A DNA stretch of 64,000 nucleotides from positions 8,214-72,213 of the forward strand of contig JBHPGJ010000003.1 of NCBI GenBank assembly GCA_042570545.1, written 5' to 3'. The translations under genes and the position numbers were made by a program. Below, piece by piece: positions 17,401 through 26,439 of the stretch. Source of the stretch: Patescibacteria group bacterium (GTDB taxonomy: Bacteria; Patescibacteriota; Patescibacteriia; JBHPGJ01). How positions within the stretch are numbered: the stretch's first letter is position 1; the number at the start of each line of letters is the position of its first letter. Below the pieces are notes generated by a model. That model did not search any database. It had not been told where the DNA came from and was given only the letters and a program-made list of their open reading frames with translations.

Positions 17401-18880
17401 TTGGCAACTCACCGCCGCCAATTCCATCTCCTGGCTCGGCAAATTTGCCATCGCCGTCATAATCAAAATTAGAATAAACCGTACCATAATATATATCACT
17501 TGGGATACCGGCGCTATCGCTTAAACCAAAATCATAAAAAAGTCTTGCTGGAATAATCATATCACCGCTTTCACCACCTACATCTCCACCATCACCATCA
17601 CCACCCAACAAAACGTATTCCGTTGTTGAATTCGCCCAGACATCTCTGATAAAATTCCTGATTCTGGAAGCGTTATCATCATGTCCGGCCACATGGCAAT
17701 AATCATCCCCGAAATAAAAGTTCAATGATCTCATGTAAGCACTGTTGCATTCATAGTCCGGATTAGAGAGAATTGATTCAACCGTAACAACGGTAGAGCT
17801 GATGGGATTATTCGGTCGGCTTGCTTTCCAGTCAGCCAGGGGCTGAAAATCACTAACAAATTCTTCGCTGGTGATAATGACATAATTAAAATCAGACTGC
17901 GCAGTTTGGGAGCTTTCATCACTGCCTGATTCAGTAATTAATTTTTCATAGGCAGGCTCATCAATAGACTTTCCTTTTTTATAAGTATTTAATTTATCAT
18001 AATTATCCACCCTCACTTTTACTTCTTCCTCATCAACGGGCAGCTTTCTAAAAGAGGCCGGCACTTCATATCCTGCAACCTCCTTTGTTTTTACCTCAAA
18101 AGAAATATCCGGATAATATTCAACTATTCTGTCTTTCGGAAAGTACTTAACCGGAAAAATGTTTAAGATCAATATTGAGTAACCCCGAAACTCCTGTATT
18201 GAAGCAATTTCATAATCTTTTACCGGGAATGGCTTGCTGGATTCATAAATCTCCGGATCAGGGGCAGTTCTTACAAATAACTCTGTTTTTAGATTCCCTT
18301 CATCATCCAATAAATACTTTGGCACCTCTCCTCCAAATTTTTTCTTGACAAGTTCAATGTCTGGAGACGGAACAAATTCATCATAAAAAATTAATTCATC
18401 TGAATGTGTGGTACTGACAATCTCATTAATAGCAGGTAGATACGACAGAGGAATCGGCTGTTGAACTGGTTCAATATTAACATTTTTGAACACTTGTTTA
18501 CTTTTTTTACTTATACTAACTGAGTCAACGTCATGTCCTTGCGGTAGCAGGATCCTTTTTGTCATAACTGGCAAACTGGGCTCTCCTAGATTTCCGATTG
18601 GATTCGTTCCTTCAATAGTAACTGAATGAAATCCAAAATCCTTATTATCAATCCTTGGTGTTGGGGCCGATACTTGCAAGGAAAATGTGGGTTTAACAAT
18701 TGATTTAAAAATTCCAATGTCTTTGCCAAATAAACCATAGCTTGCTGCCGCATAAGCAAAAAATCCAACAGAAATTACTAACAGTAAAGCTGTAACAATT
18801 AACGTTTTAGCATTAACATAAATTCCAATATCTGATTTTACTTCGGTTGATATTGATTCTGTTATTTTTTGAGAAGTCAT
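14417..18880 (-). CDS. Giant surface protein: N-terminal signal anchor, propeptide, C25 (gingipain-like) cysteine peptidase domain, a seven-bladed FG-GAP beta-propeller region, and a C-terminal Cys-rich (EGF-like) module
   Basis: 1487 aa. Catalytic His in INHLGHSS and catalytic Cys in VYSQGCYPASF (C25 His/Cys dyad context), plus HVAGHDDNA, YVLLGGDGDGGD and GNSRFGWG. Seven FG-GAP-like Ca-binding repeats: GDFNGDGKNEIV, GDIDNDSKDEIV, ADLDLDGQLEVI, GDIDNDGNADII, TDFEGDGTLEVV, ADIDNDGEPEII and VDLDGDNLLELV. The C-terminus has 10 Cys in about 60 aa. Confidence 0.8.
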   Translation of the reverse strand: MTSQKITESISTEVKSDIGIYVNAKTLIVTALLLVISVGFFAYAAASYGLFGKDIGIFKSIVKPTFSLQVSAPTPRIDNKDFGFHSVTIEGTNPIGNLGEPSLPVMTKRILLPQGHDVDSVSISKKSKQVFKNVNIEPVQQPIPLSYLPAINEIVSTTHSDELIFYDEFVPSPDIELVKKKFGGEVPKYLLDDEGNLKTELFVRTAPDPEIYESSKPFPVKDYEIASIQEFRGYSILILNIFPVKYFPKDRIVEYYPDISFEVKTKEVAGYEVPASFRKLPVDEEEVKVRVDNYDKLNTYKKGKSIDEPAYEKLITESGSDESSQTAQSDFNYVIITSEEFVSDFQPLADWKASRPNNPISSTVVTVESILSNPDYECNSAYMRSLNFYFGDDYCHVAGHDDNASRIRNFIRDVWANSTTEYVLLGGDGDGGDVGGESGDMIIPARLFYDFGLSDSAGIPSDIYYGTVYSNFDYDGDGKFAEPGDGIGGGELPMMGDVYIGRAPVDSSAEVQTFVSKTIAYEQSDADYLKKALTVGEHLGFGTVAEYATETMEQIKWGGYHDGYNTNGLYEDYLIDPIYDSEVYSWSNTELIEIMNQGVNFINHLGHSSTLYNMKLCHAPFNSPGSYCGDSGDTDLDQLTNTDYFLVYSQGCYPASFDNWNYEGDYTESDSIAEHFVLDDNGAFAFVGNSRFGWGRFDSTDGPSQRFHRQFVDTMIVDGITNIAKANYQSKFKNFGNLSDPYIRFVAYELNVIGDPETPIKMPTFDEPLAGIMIPTYYDEVTDSINISGVAKKGTSETATFDHYTLSWGVGEPEEVTQWYTEGITLENSGTLEVDRGTLGSLDTLVAPDNTISLKLEVFNGSGLSSVQTIPIFVSNVKINEPLNYDIYRIGDELVIKGDLKGHHIINSVLEWRISDGDWSNVGLTLDDTDESIIGYWDTSVIGSKGLYELRLMVNYDIYSDSEETVVLYFDNFKMGWPVRIDHELADCKAWAGDLDGNVGDFNGDGKNEIVFYAGDCPPQLHIYNASGNEIGLIDVGVSGDKLLGGNMHKPVVGDIDNDSKDEIVVHFQNWGFSPSPSQIHAYNLDGSEVPGWPVDFESEITGLAMADLDLDGQLEVIIHDQQGEDNIIKILNNDASPVSTCTLTDTFTYQYWFVEYGTPAVGNFDEDQELEIVIISLREVGYQRSAGRINVLNSDCSYVNGWPVDIDGNIFNSPAVGDIDNDGNADIIFGTMDDLGVYALDKNGQDLTGWPALQGGGNFFSSPALTDFEGDGTLEVVISNDNIETFVIEHDGSIAKDWPQNPSWVDVYGSVTADIDNDGEPEIITTDYSSIYDGGGVFAWNFDGTLLADFPKLTESYSLAPAMIVDLDGDNLLELVATSNRDKDFINDRSKQRGSIYVWDLGVPEIPSINDWPLFSHDNRHTGNFKMQCSDKTYINECSSKKPLFCEDNELINDCQVCGCSSNKRCQENGTCVSKDLYIPREEISE

Positions 18881-19069
18881 ATTATTCTAGATTTGAATTT
18901 ATATAATAAAAAAAGCCCCAAAAAGGAGCGTCTTATTTTGAAAATTTACTCTGGACAAAAGCATCATCCATAAAATTTTATTTAATTTCTTTAGATAATC
19001 TTACCTTATCTTGGCTAATTTGTAAATGGAAATACTTGATGCTTATTGGTAAGTGGGGTTTTTATAATT

Positions 19070-19237
19070 CTATTCACAAGGCTCGGTTGGTTCCGGCGCT
19101 GATGGCACGCCGTGCTTGACCCACCGGCCATCCTGACACAGCCAGGTGTCCTCATCCCCGGCAATAAAGCGGATGCCCAGGATAACCACAACAACTATCA
19201 GTACGATCATCACAATTTTTAAGATTTTATTCTTCAT
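19070..19237 (-). CDS. Small (55 aa) membrane peptide, GC-rich, start 6 nt after the SRAP gene stop
   Basis: MKNKILKIVMIVLIVVVVILGIRFIAGDEDTWLCQDGRWVKHGVPSAPEPTEPCE. Below the 60-aa ORF-track cutoff. No SD, but possibly coupled. GC about 55%. Confidence 0.3.
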   Translation of the reverse strand: MKNKILKIVMIVLIVVVVILGIRFIAGDEDTWLCQDGRWVKHGVPSAPEPTEPCE

Positions 19238-19243
19238 AAATAG

Positions 19244-19924
19244 CTACGGTAACCAACTATCTAGTTCAATTGGTTGGATAACTTCGGGCACATCGACCGA
19301 GGGTGAGTTTACCAGATGAGAAACGGGAAACAGTTTCAGTTGCCTCTCCGGGTATGGTTTCAGTAAATTCATTAGATCATCAGTTTTAGCTTCATCATCA
19401 ATCCAATATTGTTCATCTTTCTTGTCGAGCATTACCGGCATGCGATTATGGACAGAAGCTACTAAGGAATTTGAGTTAGTAGTGATGATGGCAAATGAGG
19501 GAATTATTCGGCCTGGTTTGGTCTGATATAATTCCCACAACCCGGCAAAAGCAAAAGGTTCATCGTTTTTTAGGGTAATACGATAAGGTTGCTTACCACC
19601 TGGCCGACCGCGCTGCCATTCAAAAAAACCATCGGCAATTATCAAACATCGCCTTTTTTTAAAAGGTGCGCGAAACGAAGGCTTGGTCAACAAGGTTTCG
19701 GCTCGAGCATTAATGAAACCATCTTGATGTTTATCCCTTTTTAACCATTTGGGTCTAAGTCCCCACAATCCTAGACGTATAGCCTCGGGCTGGTCATTAG
19801 TTATTACCGGCAGTTTCTGTGATGGAGCTGCGTTATAATGATGAAATAGCGGCTCTTGGACCTTGGCCTTAAATCTTTTTTCTAATATGTCATCAGGTGT
19901 AAGAATGGAAAATCGACCGCACAT
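19244..19924 (-). CDS. SOS-response-associated peptidase (SRAP/YedK/HMCES family), an abasic-site processing protein
   Basis: 226 aa starting MCGRFS, with the catalytic Cys2 that follows Met removal. The conserved SRAP core is present (RLGLWGL...NARAET...FFEW). Confidence 0.8.
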   Translation of the reverse strand: MCGRFSILTPDDILEKRFKAKVQEPLFHHYNAAPSQKLPVITNDQPEAIRLGLWGLRPKWLKRDKHQDGFINARAETLLTKPSFRAPFKKRRCLIIADGFFEWQRGRPGGKQPYRITLKNDEPFAFAGLWELYQTKPGRIIPSFAIITTNSNSLVASVHNRMPVMLDKKDEQYWIDDEAKTDDLMNLLKPYPERQLKLFPVSHLVNSPSVDVPEVIQPIELDSWLP

Positions 19925-19955
19925 ATATACAGCATAATTTGAAAATTAAAAAAAA

Positions 19956-20378
19956 TCAAAAACGGGAAGCTGTCTTCCCGTTTTTATCCTGTTGCTTCAG
20001 TCCATGTCGGATAGCCGTGATTATACCGGTGGCTAGCGATACTAACCAAATAATCAGGGCCTTATATCCATACTGTCGGATATAATTAGTACACTTGATT
20101 ATCCGCCATGAGCCGATATGAGAGGCAAAAATCAGATTATGCCCAGCCGCTAGCCCGACTGTTGTCATGGCCAACAAACCAAGCCACCCGACAAAGCCGT
20201 GAAAACTAGTTGGCCCGGCGGCCAACAGGCCCATCTTTATACTAGCCAGCCAGTCAAGGGCCAGGCCGATTACCAAAACCTGAAAATATCGGCGACGGTA
20301 CCAGTGACTAAGTCCGTAAAGACCGTAGCAATATAGCACCAGAACGATTATGACAAGAACGACTGCGTCGTACATCAC
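19956..20378 (-). CDS. Polytopic membrane protein, unknown function
   Basis: 140 aa with about 4 TM. Confidence 0.45.
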   Translation of the reverse strand: MMYDAVVLVIIVLVLYCYGLYGLSHWYRRRYFQVLVIGLALDWLASIKMGLLAAGPTSFHGFVGWLGLLAMTTVGLAAGHNLIFASHIGSWRIIKCTNYIRQYGYKALIIWLVSLATGIITAIRHGLKQQDKNGKTASRF

Positions 20379-20442
20379 GCTACCTCCTTTACGGATGTAT
20401 TTTTGTTTTTTCCCTCTTAATCTACCAAATTAATAATGATGA

Positions 20443-21576
20443 CTATTTCTTGGCCGAAATTATTTCTCGGTATAATTTTTCTAACATGTCGACCACGTTT
20501 TCCCATGAAAATTTTTCTGCCGTCTTGAGTCCTTGGTTAATATACCGTCGCTGACGTTCTTTATCATTTAGCAGATCAACCAAGGCTTGAGCTAGGGCTT
20601 TGGGATTGCGGGGTTGAGTTAAAAATCCGTCCCTATCATGACTAACGACAGCGTTGTAACCCGGAATATTTGAAGCGATTACCGGCTTACCAGCCGCCAT
20701 AGCCTCAATCAATACAATACCAAAACTTTCGGCGCCGGTTGACGGGAAGACACAAATATCGGCCGCCGCATAATATTGCGGCAGTTCTGATTCGGTAGCA
20801 TAACCGGTAAACCTTACTCGATCTTTCAAGCGCGGAAGAACCATGTTCTGATAATAGGTTTTTAAGAAACCACCGCCGACCACGACTAACCTAGCCCTGG
20901 GAATTTTATCAATAACGTGAGGCATAGCGGCTACAATATAACGAATTCCTTTACGGGGAGATAGCCGGCCAATGCTTACTATCAACGGATCATTATTTTG
21001 TCGTATACCCGGCAGTGGTTGGTTGGTCGGATTAAATCTTTTGTTATCTACTCCATTTGGAATGATATGATAATCACCGGGAAAATACTGATTGATAAAT
21101 TCTCTAGCATTTTTAGATACGACTATGTTACCGTCGATTTTTTTATGACTGTTACGCCATAAGCGGCTAAAGTAATCATAAATAATATTGTGTCCAGTGG
21201 CGGTGCTGGTGTGATAGGTACCAACCTTGGGGCAGGTAAAGGTTTTGGTGGCCAACAAAGGCAGGATCGGATCTAGGGGTGTATGTATGTGAACAATGTC
21301 AAATTGTTTATTCTTTTGTATCAGTTGCAGCTTCCTTCTCAAGTGTCGGCCAACTGTAAAATGAGCATAAGAGCCGTTAGCTGGTATGGTCACATTTAAA
21401 CCAAGTCTGATCACATCCAAACCATGATCATGTTCGCTGTCAAACGGTGTATAATTAGCCGTTATTACCGTTACCTGATGGCCTCTATTTTTCAGTTCAT
21501 TAGCCGTATGATAAACATGCTGAGACACCCCACCCCTGACCGGAAAAAAACTTTGTGTGACTATACCAATTTTCAC
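20443..21576 (-). CDS. Glycosyltransferase family 4 (GT-B, group 1)
   Basis: 377 aa. C-terminal GT4 signature (ESFGIVLIEAMAAGKPVIASNIPG) and an E-x7-E context. Confidence 0.8.
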   Translation of the reverse strand: MKIGIVTQSFFPVRGGVSQHVYHTANELKNRGHQVTVITANYTPFDSEHDHGLDVIRLGLNVTIPANGSYAHFTVGRHLRRKLQLIQKNKQFDIVHIHTPLDPILPLLATKTFTCPKVGTYHTSTATGHNIIYDYFSRLWRNSHKKIDGNIVVSKNAREFINQYFPGDYHIIPNGVDNKRFNPTNQPLPGIRQNNDPLIVSIGRLSPRKGIRYIVAAMPHVIDKIPRARLVVVGGGFLKTYYQNMVLPRLKDRVRFTGYATESELPQYYAAADICVFPSTGAESFGIVLIEAMAAGKPVIASNIPGYNAVVSHDRDGFLTQPRNPKALAQALVDLLNDKERQRRYINQGLKTAEKFSWENVVDMLEKLYREIISAKK

Positions 21577-21611
21577 CGACTACTTTATTGCCCGATTAAT
21601 TGCGGGGTAGA

Positions 21612-22154
21612 TTAGAATCCAAGCGGCGTGCTAGCGTCTCCAAATCCGACTGAAAAATTACTTTCGCCAGCATCAACCAAGAAAGCCAAGAAACCAGTAT
21701 CATCGATGGCGCTGTTGGTACCAACAATTTTAAAATCTGACAACGATACTGTCTGTCCGCTGCCGGTCAGTAATTTTGCATCTGTTCTAAGCCAGGAGTT
21801 AATATCTCTTAGATCAGCTGTTGCCAGCCGTTCATAATAAACAACGACATACTTTTGACCGCTGGGTGCCGTATCGCCCCGCCATGAACTATCGTCCAGA
21901 GCTGAGGTGATATTAAAATCAATACCCTTGTGAGAAATAGTTTTGGTAACTTCAATATCGCCGATGTCGGCATTAACATTTAAGTTCACTGTATCGACCG
22001 TTTGTGTATTAGTATTTTTTGGTGTTACGGGTGTGGCGTTTGTAGTAGTTGTGGATGCCTCTTCGTTGTTAAGAAAGAAAAACCAGCCACCAGCGATAAC
22101 CGCCCCCGCCGCGATTAAGACTATGACTACGTATAGTACTATTTTTTTATTCAT
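21612..22154 (-). CDS. Membrane-anchored secreted hypothetical protein. Start taken at MNKKIVLYVV rather than the track start 22313.
   Basis: The in-frame ATG at 22154 gives a signal anchor plus a Thr/Asn-rich linker and a beta-rich domain. The upstream extension has an unusual composition. Confidence 0.45.
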   Translation of the reverse strand: MNKKIVLYVVIVLIAAGAVIAGGWFFFLNNEEASTTTTNATPVTPKNTNTQTVDTVNLNVNADIGDIEVTKTISHKGIDFNITSALDDSSWRGDTAPSGQKYVVVYYERLATADLRDINSWLRTDAKLLTGSGQTVSLSDFKIVGTNSAIDDTGFLAFLVDAGESNFSVGFGDASTPLGF

Positions 22155-22386
22155 TGAGATGTCCTTAAATAATACCCTTAAAGTATAAAAAATATCCGGG
22201 AATAGAGCAAGTTGACAATTATGCCGTTCATTAATACATTTACATTTATCGATGTGCCGCATCGTAAGATGTTGTGTCTCGCTAAGATGCCTCAGACACA
22301 CCAAGTGGGGCACAACATCACCGCCAGGCTCTCCTCTTTCTGTTTCCTTGAGGGCCTGGTTTATCTTGTTTATAGATGTAATAGTG

Positions 22387-22462
22387 TGGTAGCCCCAAGG
22401 GGAATCGAACCCCTGTTTTCAGGATGAGAACCTGATGTCCTGGGCCACTAGACGATGGGGCC
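22387..22462 (-). tRNA. tRNA-Glu (anticodon CUC)
   Basis: Reverse complement: GGCCCCATCGTCTAGTGGCCCAGGACATCAGGTTCTCATCCTGAAAACAGGGGTTCGATTCCCCTTGGGGCTACCA. Cloverleaf with anticodon loop TTCTCAT and an encoded CCA. Confidence 0.85.
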
Positions 22463-22827
22463 AAGTTCGCTGGTATAAAAAAACAGCAAAAGTAGTATAG
22501 GGGTCAGAGTCCCAAAAATCAAGGTTTTGATTACCTTGAAAGTTGGGTCGTAAAACCCTTTGGTAAAGGGTCTAATATATTTGAAATTAGTCGTCGCGCT
22601 GAGCGTAGATGCCAGCCAAGAAAGCAACCATGGCCAGGGTCAAGTAGAAGTATGACGAAAGATAAATCTGTTGGTCCGATATCTCGGTAGCCACACCAAA
22701 CACAGCCATGACAACGCCAAACCAATAATAACTTTTCGCCAAAACGGCCCGATGGAGTCTAAACACTAATTTTCACCTCCTTTTTACTTTTATTTGCTTT
22801 ATTTATCAAAAAAACGCTTGATTAACT

Positions 22828-23847
22828 TCATTTTACCTTTTTTACTACCTTTTCCGCAAGCTCTACTAATCGGGTAGAATATCCCCATTCATTATCATAC
22901 CAGGCAACCACATGGATCAGGTCACCATCAACCACCTCTGTCAAAGACAGGTCAACTATAGCTGAGTGAGGATCACCAATTAGATCGGACGACACTACCG
23001 GTTCGCTGGTCACGGCCAGTAGATGGCTGTAATTTGGATCAGCCGCCTTTTTACTAAAGGCCTCATTGACCTCCTCTTTAGATACCTGGCGACCGACTAA
23101 AACTGTAAAATCCGATAAAGAAACGACGGGGGTGGGCACGCGAACGGCATAACCGTCAAACTTACCGGCTATTTCGGGAATGGTTTCAGTGGTTGAGATT
23201 GCTGCCCCTGAGCTGGTCGGAATGATATTTATCGCCGCGGCTCTGGCCCGTCTTAAATCCTTGTGTGAATTATCCAACAAGTTCTGATCCGAGGTATAAG
23301 AATGGATAGTGGTCATAAAACCCTTTTTAAAACCAAAGGCCCGATTTATTATACCGGCAACCGTGGCCACGCAGTTGGTCGTACATGAGGCATTTGATAC
23401 CAACTTGTCACCCTGATAATTATCTTCATTAACACCAATTACGTAGGTGGGTACATCACCAGTGCCTTTGGGTGGCGCCGATAGTACAACTGCTTTGGCT
23501 CCAGCTTTAAGGTGGGCTTCAGCGGCTCGATCTTTTACAAAAGCACCCGTGCATTCTAATACTACGTCTATTTTTTTATCTGCCCAAGGTAGTTTTTCTG
23601 GTTGGCGCTCATGAGTAACAGAAATCTCGTCCTGACCGATAAGTAGTATGTCTTGATCCAGATCATAATTAACTGCTTCATCATACCGACCGTATACTGA
23701 ATCATACTTTAACAGATTGGCCATGGTGTCGACACTGGAAGTATTATTAATCGCTACCACTTCAATATTTTTATTTTTACGGGCGATGCGAAGTGCAATG
23801 CGTCCTACGCGCCCAAAGCCATTTATTGCAATACGTGTTTTTTTCAT
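22828..23847 (-). CDS. gap: Glyceraldehyde-3-phosphate dehydrogenase
   Basis: 339 aa. INGFGRVGR NAD-binding motif and ASCTTNC active site. Confidence 0.92.
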   Translation of the reverse strand: MKKTRIAINGFGRVGRIALRIARKNKNIEVVAINNTSSVDTMANLLKYDSVYGRYDEAVNYDLDQDILLIGQDEISVTHERQPEKLPWADKKIDVVLECTGAFVKDRAAEAHLKAGAKAVVLSAPPKGTGDVPTYVIGVNEDNYQGDKLVSNASCTTNCVATVAGIINRAFGFKKGFMTTIHSYTSDQNLLDNSHKDLRRARAAAINIIPTSSGAAISTTETIPEIAGKFDGYAVRVPTPVVSLSDFTVLVGRQVSKEEVNEAFSKKAADPNYSHLLAVTSEPVVSSDLIGDPHSAIVDLSLTEVVDGDLIHVVAWYDNEWGYSTRLVELAEKVVKKVK

Positions 23848-23861
23848 AAGATTAAACTTAA

Positions 23862-24647
23862 TTATGAAGCGGATATATTATTAATAATGTTTAAAAAGGT
23901 TTTTGGCTCACGACTGGCCGTACCGACTAAAACGCCATGGATATATTCGCGATCAACATAATTGGCCACATTCTCAGGAGTAACACTACCGCCATAAATA
24001 ATGGTAAAATTTTCTTGGACTACATTTTGCGGATATATATCAATAAGTGCTTGGGTAATGACGGTAGCAATTTCCTTAGCTTGATCGGGATCACAGGGCT
24101 GGCCAGGATATATCGACCACACAGGCTCATAACATATTTTTAAATGTTGTCTTTTGGTTGGTGGTGGTATATAACGCAAAGCTTTCTTAACCTGATCGGT
24201 TATAACCATATGCTGCACTCCTTGACGCCTTTCTTCAGCTGTTTCGCCGACACAAAGCAACGGTGTAAGCTGATGTCTAATAGCGGCAGCAACTTTTTTA
24301 TCAATCATTTCGTCGGTCTCACCGACATTTTGCCGTCTTTCTGAATGGCCAATGATCACGTGTGTCACCCCGACTTCTTTCAGCATTTCCGGTGCTATTT
24401 CACCGGTATAATTTCCCGGATCTTCCCAAAAAACATTTTGCGCTCCTAATTTTATGGATGAGTCCTTTATTATTTCACCGACAGATATTAATGATAAATA
24501 GGGTGGGCAGACAATCACCTCCGGTGAGGTTAGGGTTTCTAAACCAGACTTAATATCTTCGGCCAGTTTCACACTTTCTTCTATAAGTGTGTTCATCTTC
24601 CAATTAGCTACCACATATGTTTTTTTATCTGATAGTTTAACGGTCAT
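23862..24647 (-). CDS. tpiA: Triosephosphate isomerase
   Basis: 261 aa. VANWKMN, IIGHSERR and IYGGSV motifs. Confidence 0.9.
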   Translation of the reverse strand: MTVKLSDKKTYVVANWKMNTLIEESVKLAEDIKSGLETLTSPEVIVCPPYLSLISVGEIIKDSSIKLGAQNVFWEDPGNYTGEIAPEMLKEVGVTHVIIGHSERRQNVGETDEMIDKKVAAAIRHQLTPLLCVGETAEERRQGVQHMVITDQVKKALRYIPPPTKRQHLKICYEPVWSIYPGQPCDPDQAKEIATVITQALIDIYPQNVVQENFTIIYGGSVTPENVANYVDREYIHGVLVGTASREPKTFLNIINNISAS

Positions 24648-24650
24648 AAA

Positions 24651-25145
24651 TTATGATAATAAAGCACTTAAACCTATAGTGGTTATTGTAACAATTATTG
24701 AAGCAATTAACACACCCACTGAAATTAAAGCCAAGGCTAGTTTCCTTGGTACACCAAACACAAAGGCGGCTACTGTCCCCGTCCAGCCACCAGTGATCGG
24801 CAATGGTATAGCCACAAAGGCTATCAAGGCCAATGCACCCCAGCGTTCAAAGCGAGATATATTTTTACGTCGGGTCCTGGTAAACAGCCAGTGGAAGAAT
24901 TTATCCATCATCCGGCTATGTCGTCGCAACCAACGTGATATTGGCTCGAGTAGCCATATTAAAAATACCACCGGAATTAAATTGCCAACTATAGACAAAA
25001 TAACCACATCTAACCAAGGTAAAGAAAACACTTCTAACCCTATGGGAATAGCTGCCCTCAGCTCGGCAATCGGTAAAGTGGCGATTAACAATACGGCTAA
25101 TTCGTGAGGAATATTTTGAAATAAATTGGCATAATCAATGCCCAT
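24651..25145 (-). CDS. Small integral membrane protein (COG2426-like; putative small exporter family)
   Basis: 164 aa, 4 TM. PIAELRAAIPIGL motif. Confidence 0.4.
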   Translation of the reverse strand: MGIDYANLFQNIPHELAVLLIATLPIAELRAAIPIGLEVFSLPWLDVVILSIVGNLIPVVFLIWLLEPISRWLRRHSRMMDKFFHWLFTRTRRKNISRFERWGALALIAFVAIPLPITGGWTGTVAAFVFGVPRKLALALISVGVLIASIIVTITTIGLSALLS

Positions 25146-25147
25146 TT

Positions 25148-25726
25148 TTATTTGACTTGCTTATCAGTCTGTTCGTCCTGATTAGGATTTAATTCTTGCT
25201 CTAATAATTGATCCAATACTTCGCTGCTTGATAATTTGTCATAATTGGGTAATTCGCTTGTTGAAGTTACGCCAAGGTGCCTCAGAAAATCAAAAGTAAC
25301 TTGATACATAGTAGTGTGGCTTTGCTTATTTTCCTCAGCATCAATAAGTCCCTTAATCAATAAATTTCGTAGTATCAATGCACAATTTACTCCCCTGATG
25401 ATGTCTAATTCGGCTTTAGTTATCGGTCCGCGATAGGCTATTATGGTCAATGTTTCTAGGGCTGGACGAGTTAGTTCACCTGAAATCTCAGATTTAATAT
25501 AATCGGCAACCAGCTTTCCATTATCGGGGTGAGTTGCCAGCTGAAATTTATTACCGATACGAAGCAATTGAATACCCCGTTCGCCTTCATTAAGGATTTT
25601 TTCCAGCTCATCTAGGGCTGATGTTGTATCGGTAACATTAGCACTAATTAAATCAGCAATATTTTTTGCCGTTAACGGCTTAGTAGCAACGAATAATATG
25701 CTTTCTACTTTGGTTATTAGTTTCAC
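25148..25726 (-). CDS. scpB: Segregation and condensation protein B
   Basis: 192 aa. Tandem winged-helix pattern (VESILFVATKPLTAKNIADL...TLTIIAYRGPITKAELDIIRGV). Confidence 0.8.
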   Translation of the reverse strand: MKLITKVESILFVATKPLTAKNIADLISANVTDTTSALDELEKILNEGERGIQLLRIGNKFQLATHPDNGKLVADYIKSEISGELTRPALETLTIIAYRGPITKAELDIIRGVNCALILRNLLIKGLIDAEENKQSHTTMYQVTFDFLRHLGVTSTSELPNYDKLSSSEVLDQLLEQELNPNQDEQTDKQVK

Positions 25727-26433
25727 TATATTGGCCTTTCTTCTTCTTTTTGAATTTCAATTTCATTGAACATGTCTTTTTGTACGACGGCCACCGATCT
25801 TTGCTTGACCAGTTCTAGCAGGGCTAAAAATGTGATAATCACGTCCATTTTGGATTTGGTAGTTTTTAATAAGGTACTGAAATTCACAAATGACTGATCA
25901 AATATTAAATTTTTTATTTGATTTATTTTTTCTTCAATATTCACTGTCCGCATAACCGCCTCTGGTGGTGGCGCCAAGTAAGGCTCTACTTCAGATATTA
26001 CATTTTTAAAAACCTCAGCTAGATCAGCCAACTTCAGTTTCTTTGGCGGATTAAACACTGGCTCGATCAAAATGCTGGTTTCCCGATAATAGCTGTATCG
26101 CTTGGTGGCAATTTGTCCTTGTATTTCTTTAGACGCATCTAGAAACGCCTTATACATCTTCAGCTGCTGTTCCAGTCGATATCCCTCGTCCTCCGCTTCT
26201 TTCTCCAGTTGGGGTAATAAAGATTTGGATTTTATCAATAGAAGCTTAGCCGCAACGACCAAGAAATCAGATAATTCCTCTGGATTTGCATCTTCCGCCT
26301 GTCGTAGAAGACTAATATATTGATCGGTTACCGCCGCTAATGATATCTGACTTATTTCCAGCTCTCTATCTTCTATCAAATTTAGCAACAGATCCAGCGG
26401 TCCTTCGAAATGTTGTATTTTTATTTTACGCAA
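25726..26433 (-). CDS. scpA: Segregation and condensation protein A
   Basis: 235 aa. FEGPLDLLLNLIEDRELEISQISLAAVTDQY kleisin N-terminus. Start overlaps the scpB stop. Confidence 0.8.
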   Translation of the reverse strand: MRKIKIQHFEGPLDLLLNLIEDRELEISQISLAAVTDQYISLLRQAEDANPEELSDFLVVAAKLLLIKSKSLLPQLEKEAEDEGYRLEQQLKMYKAFLDASKEIQGQIATKRYSYYRETSILIEPVFNPPKKLKLADLAEVFKNVISEVEPYLAPPPEAVMRTVNIEEKINQIKNLIFDQSFVNFSTLLKTTKSKMDVIITFLALLELVKQRSVAVVQKDMFNEIEIQKEEERPI

Positions 26434-26439
26434 TTATTT

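Noticed and set aside
22212-22427. 71-aa plus-strand ORF
   Set aside because: It has no SD and overlaps tRNA-Glu on the opposite strand. The region is better explained as an sRNA/terminator element or intergenic DNA.
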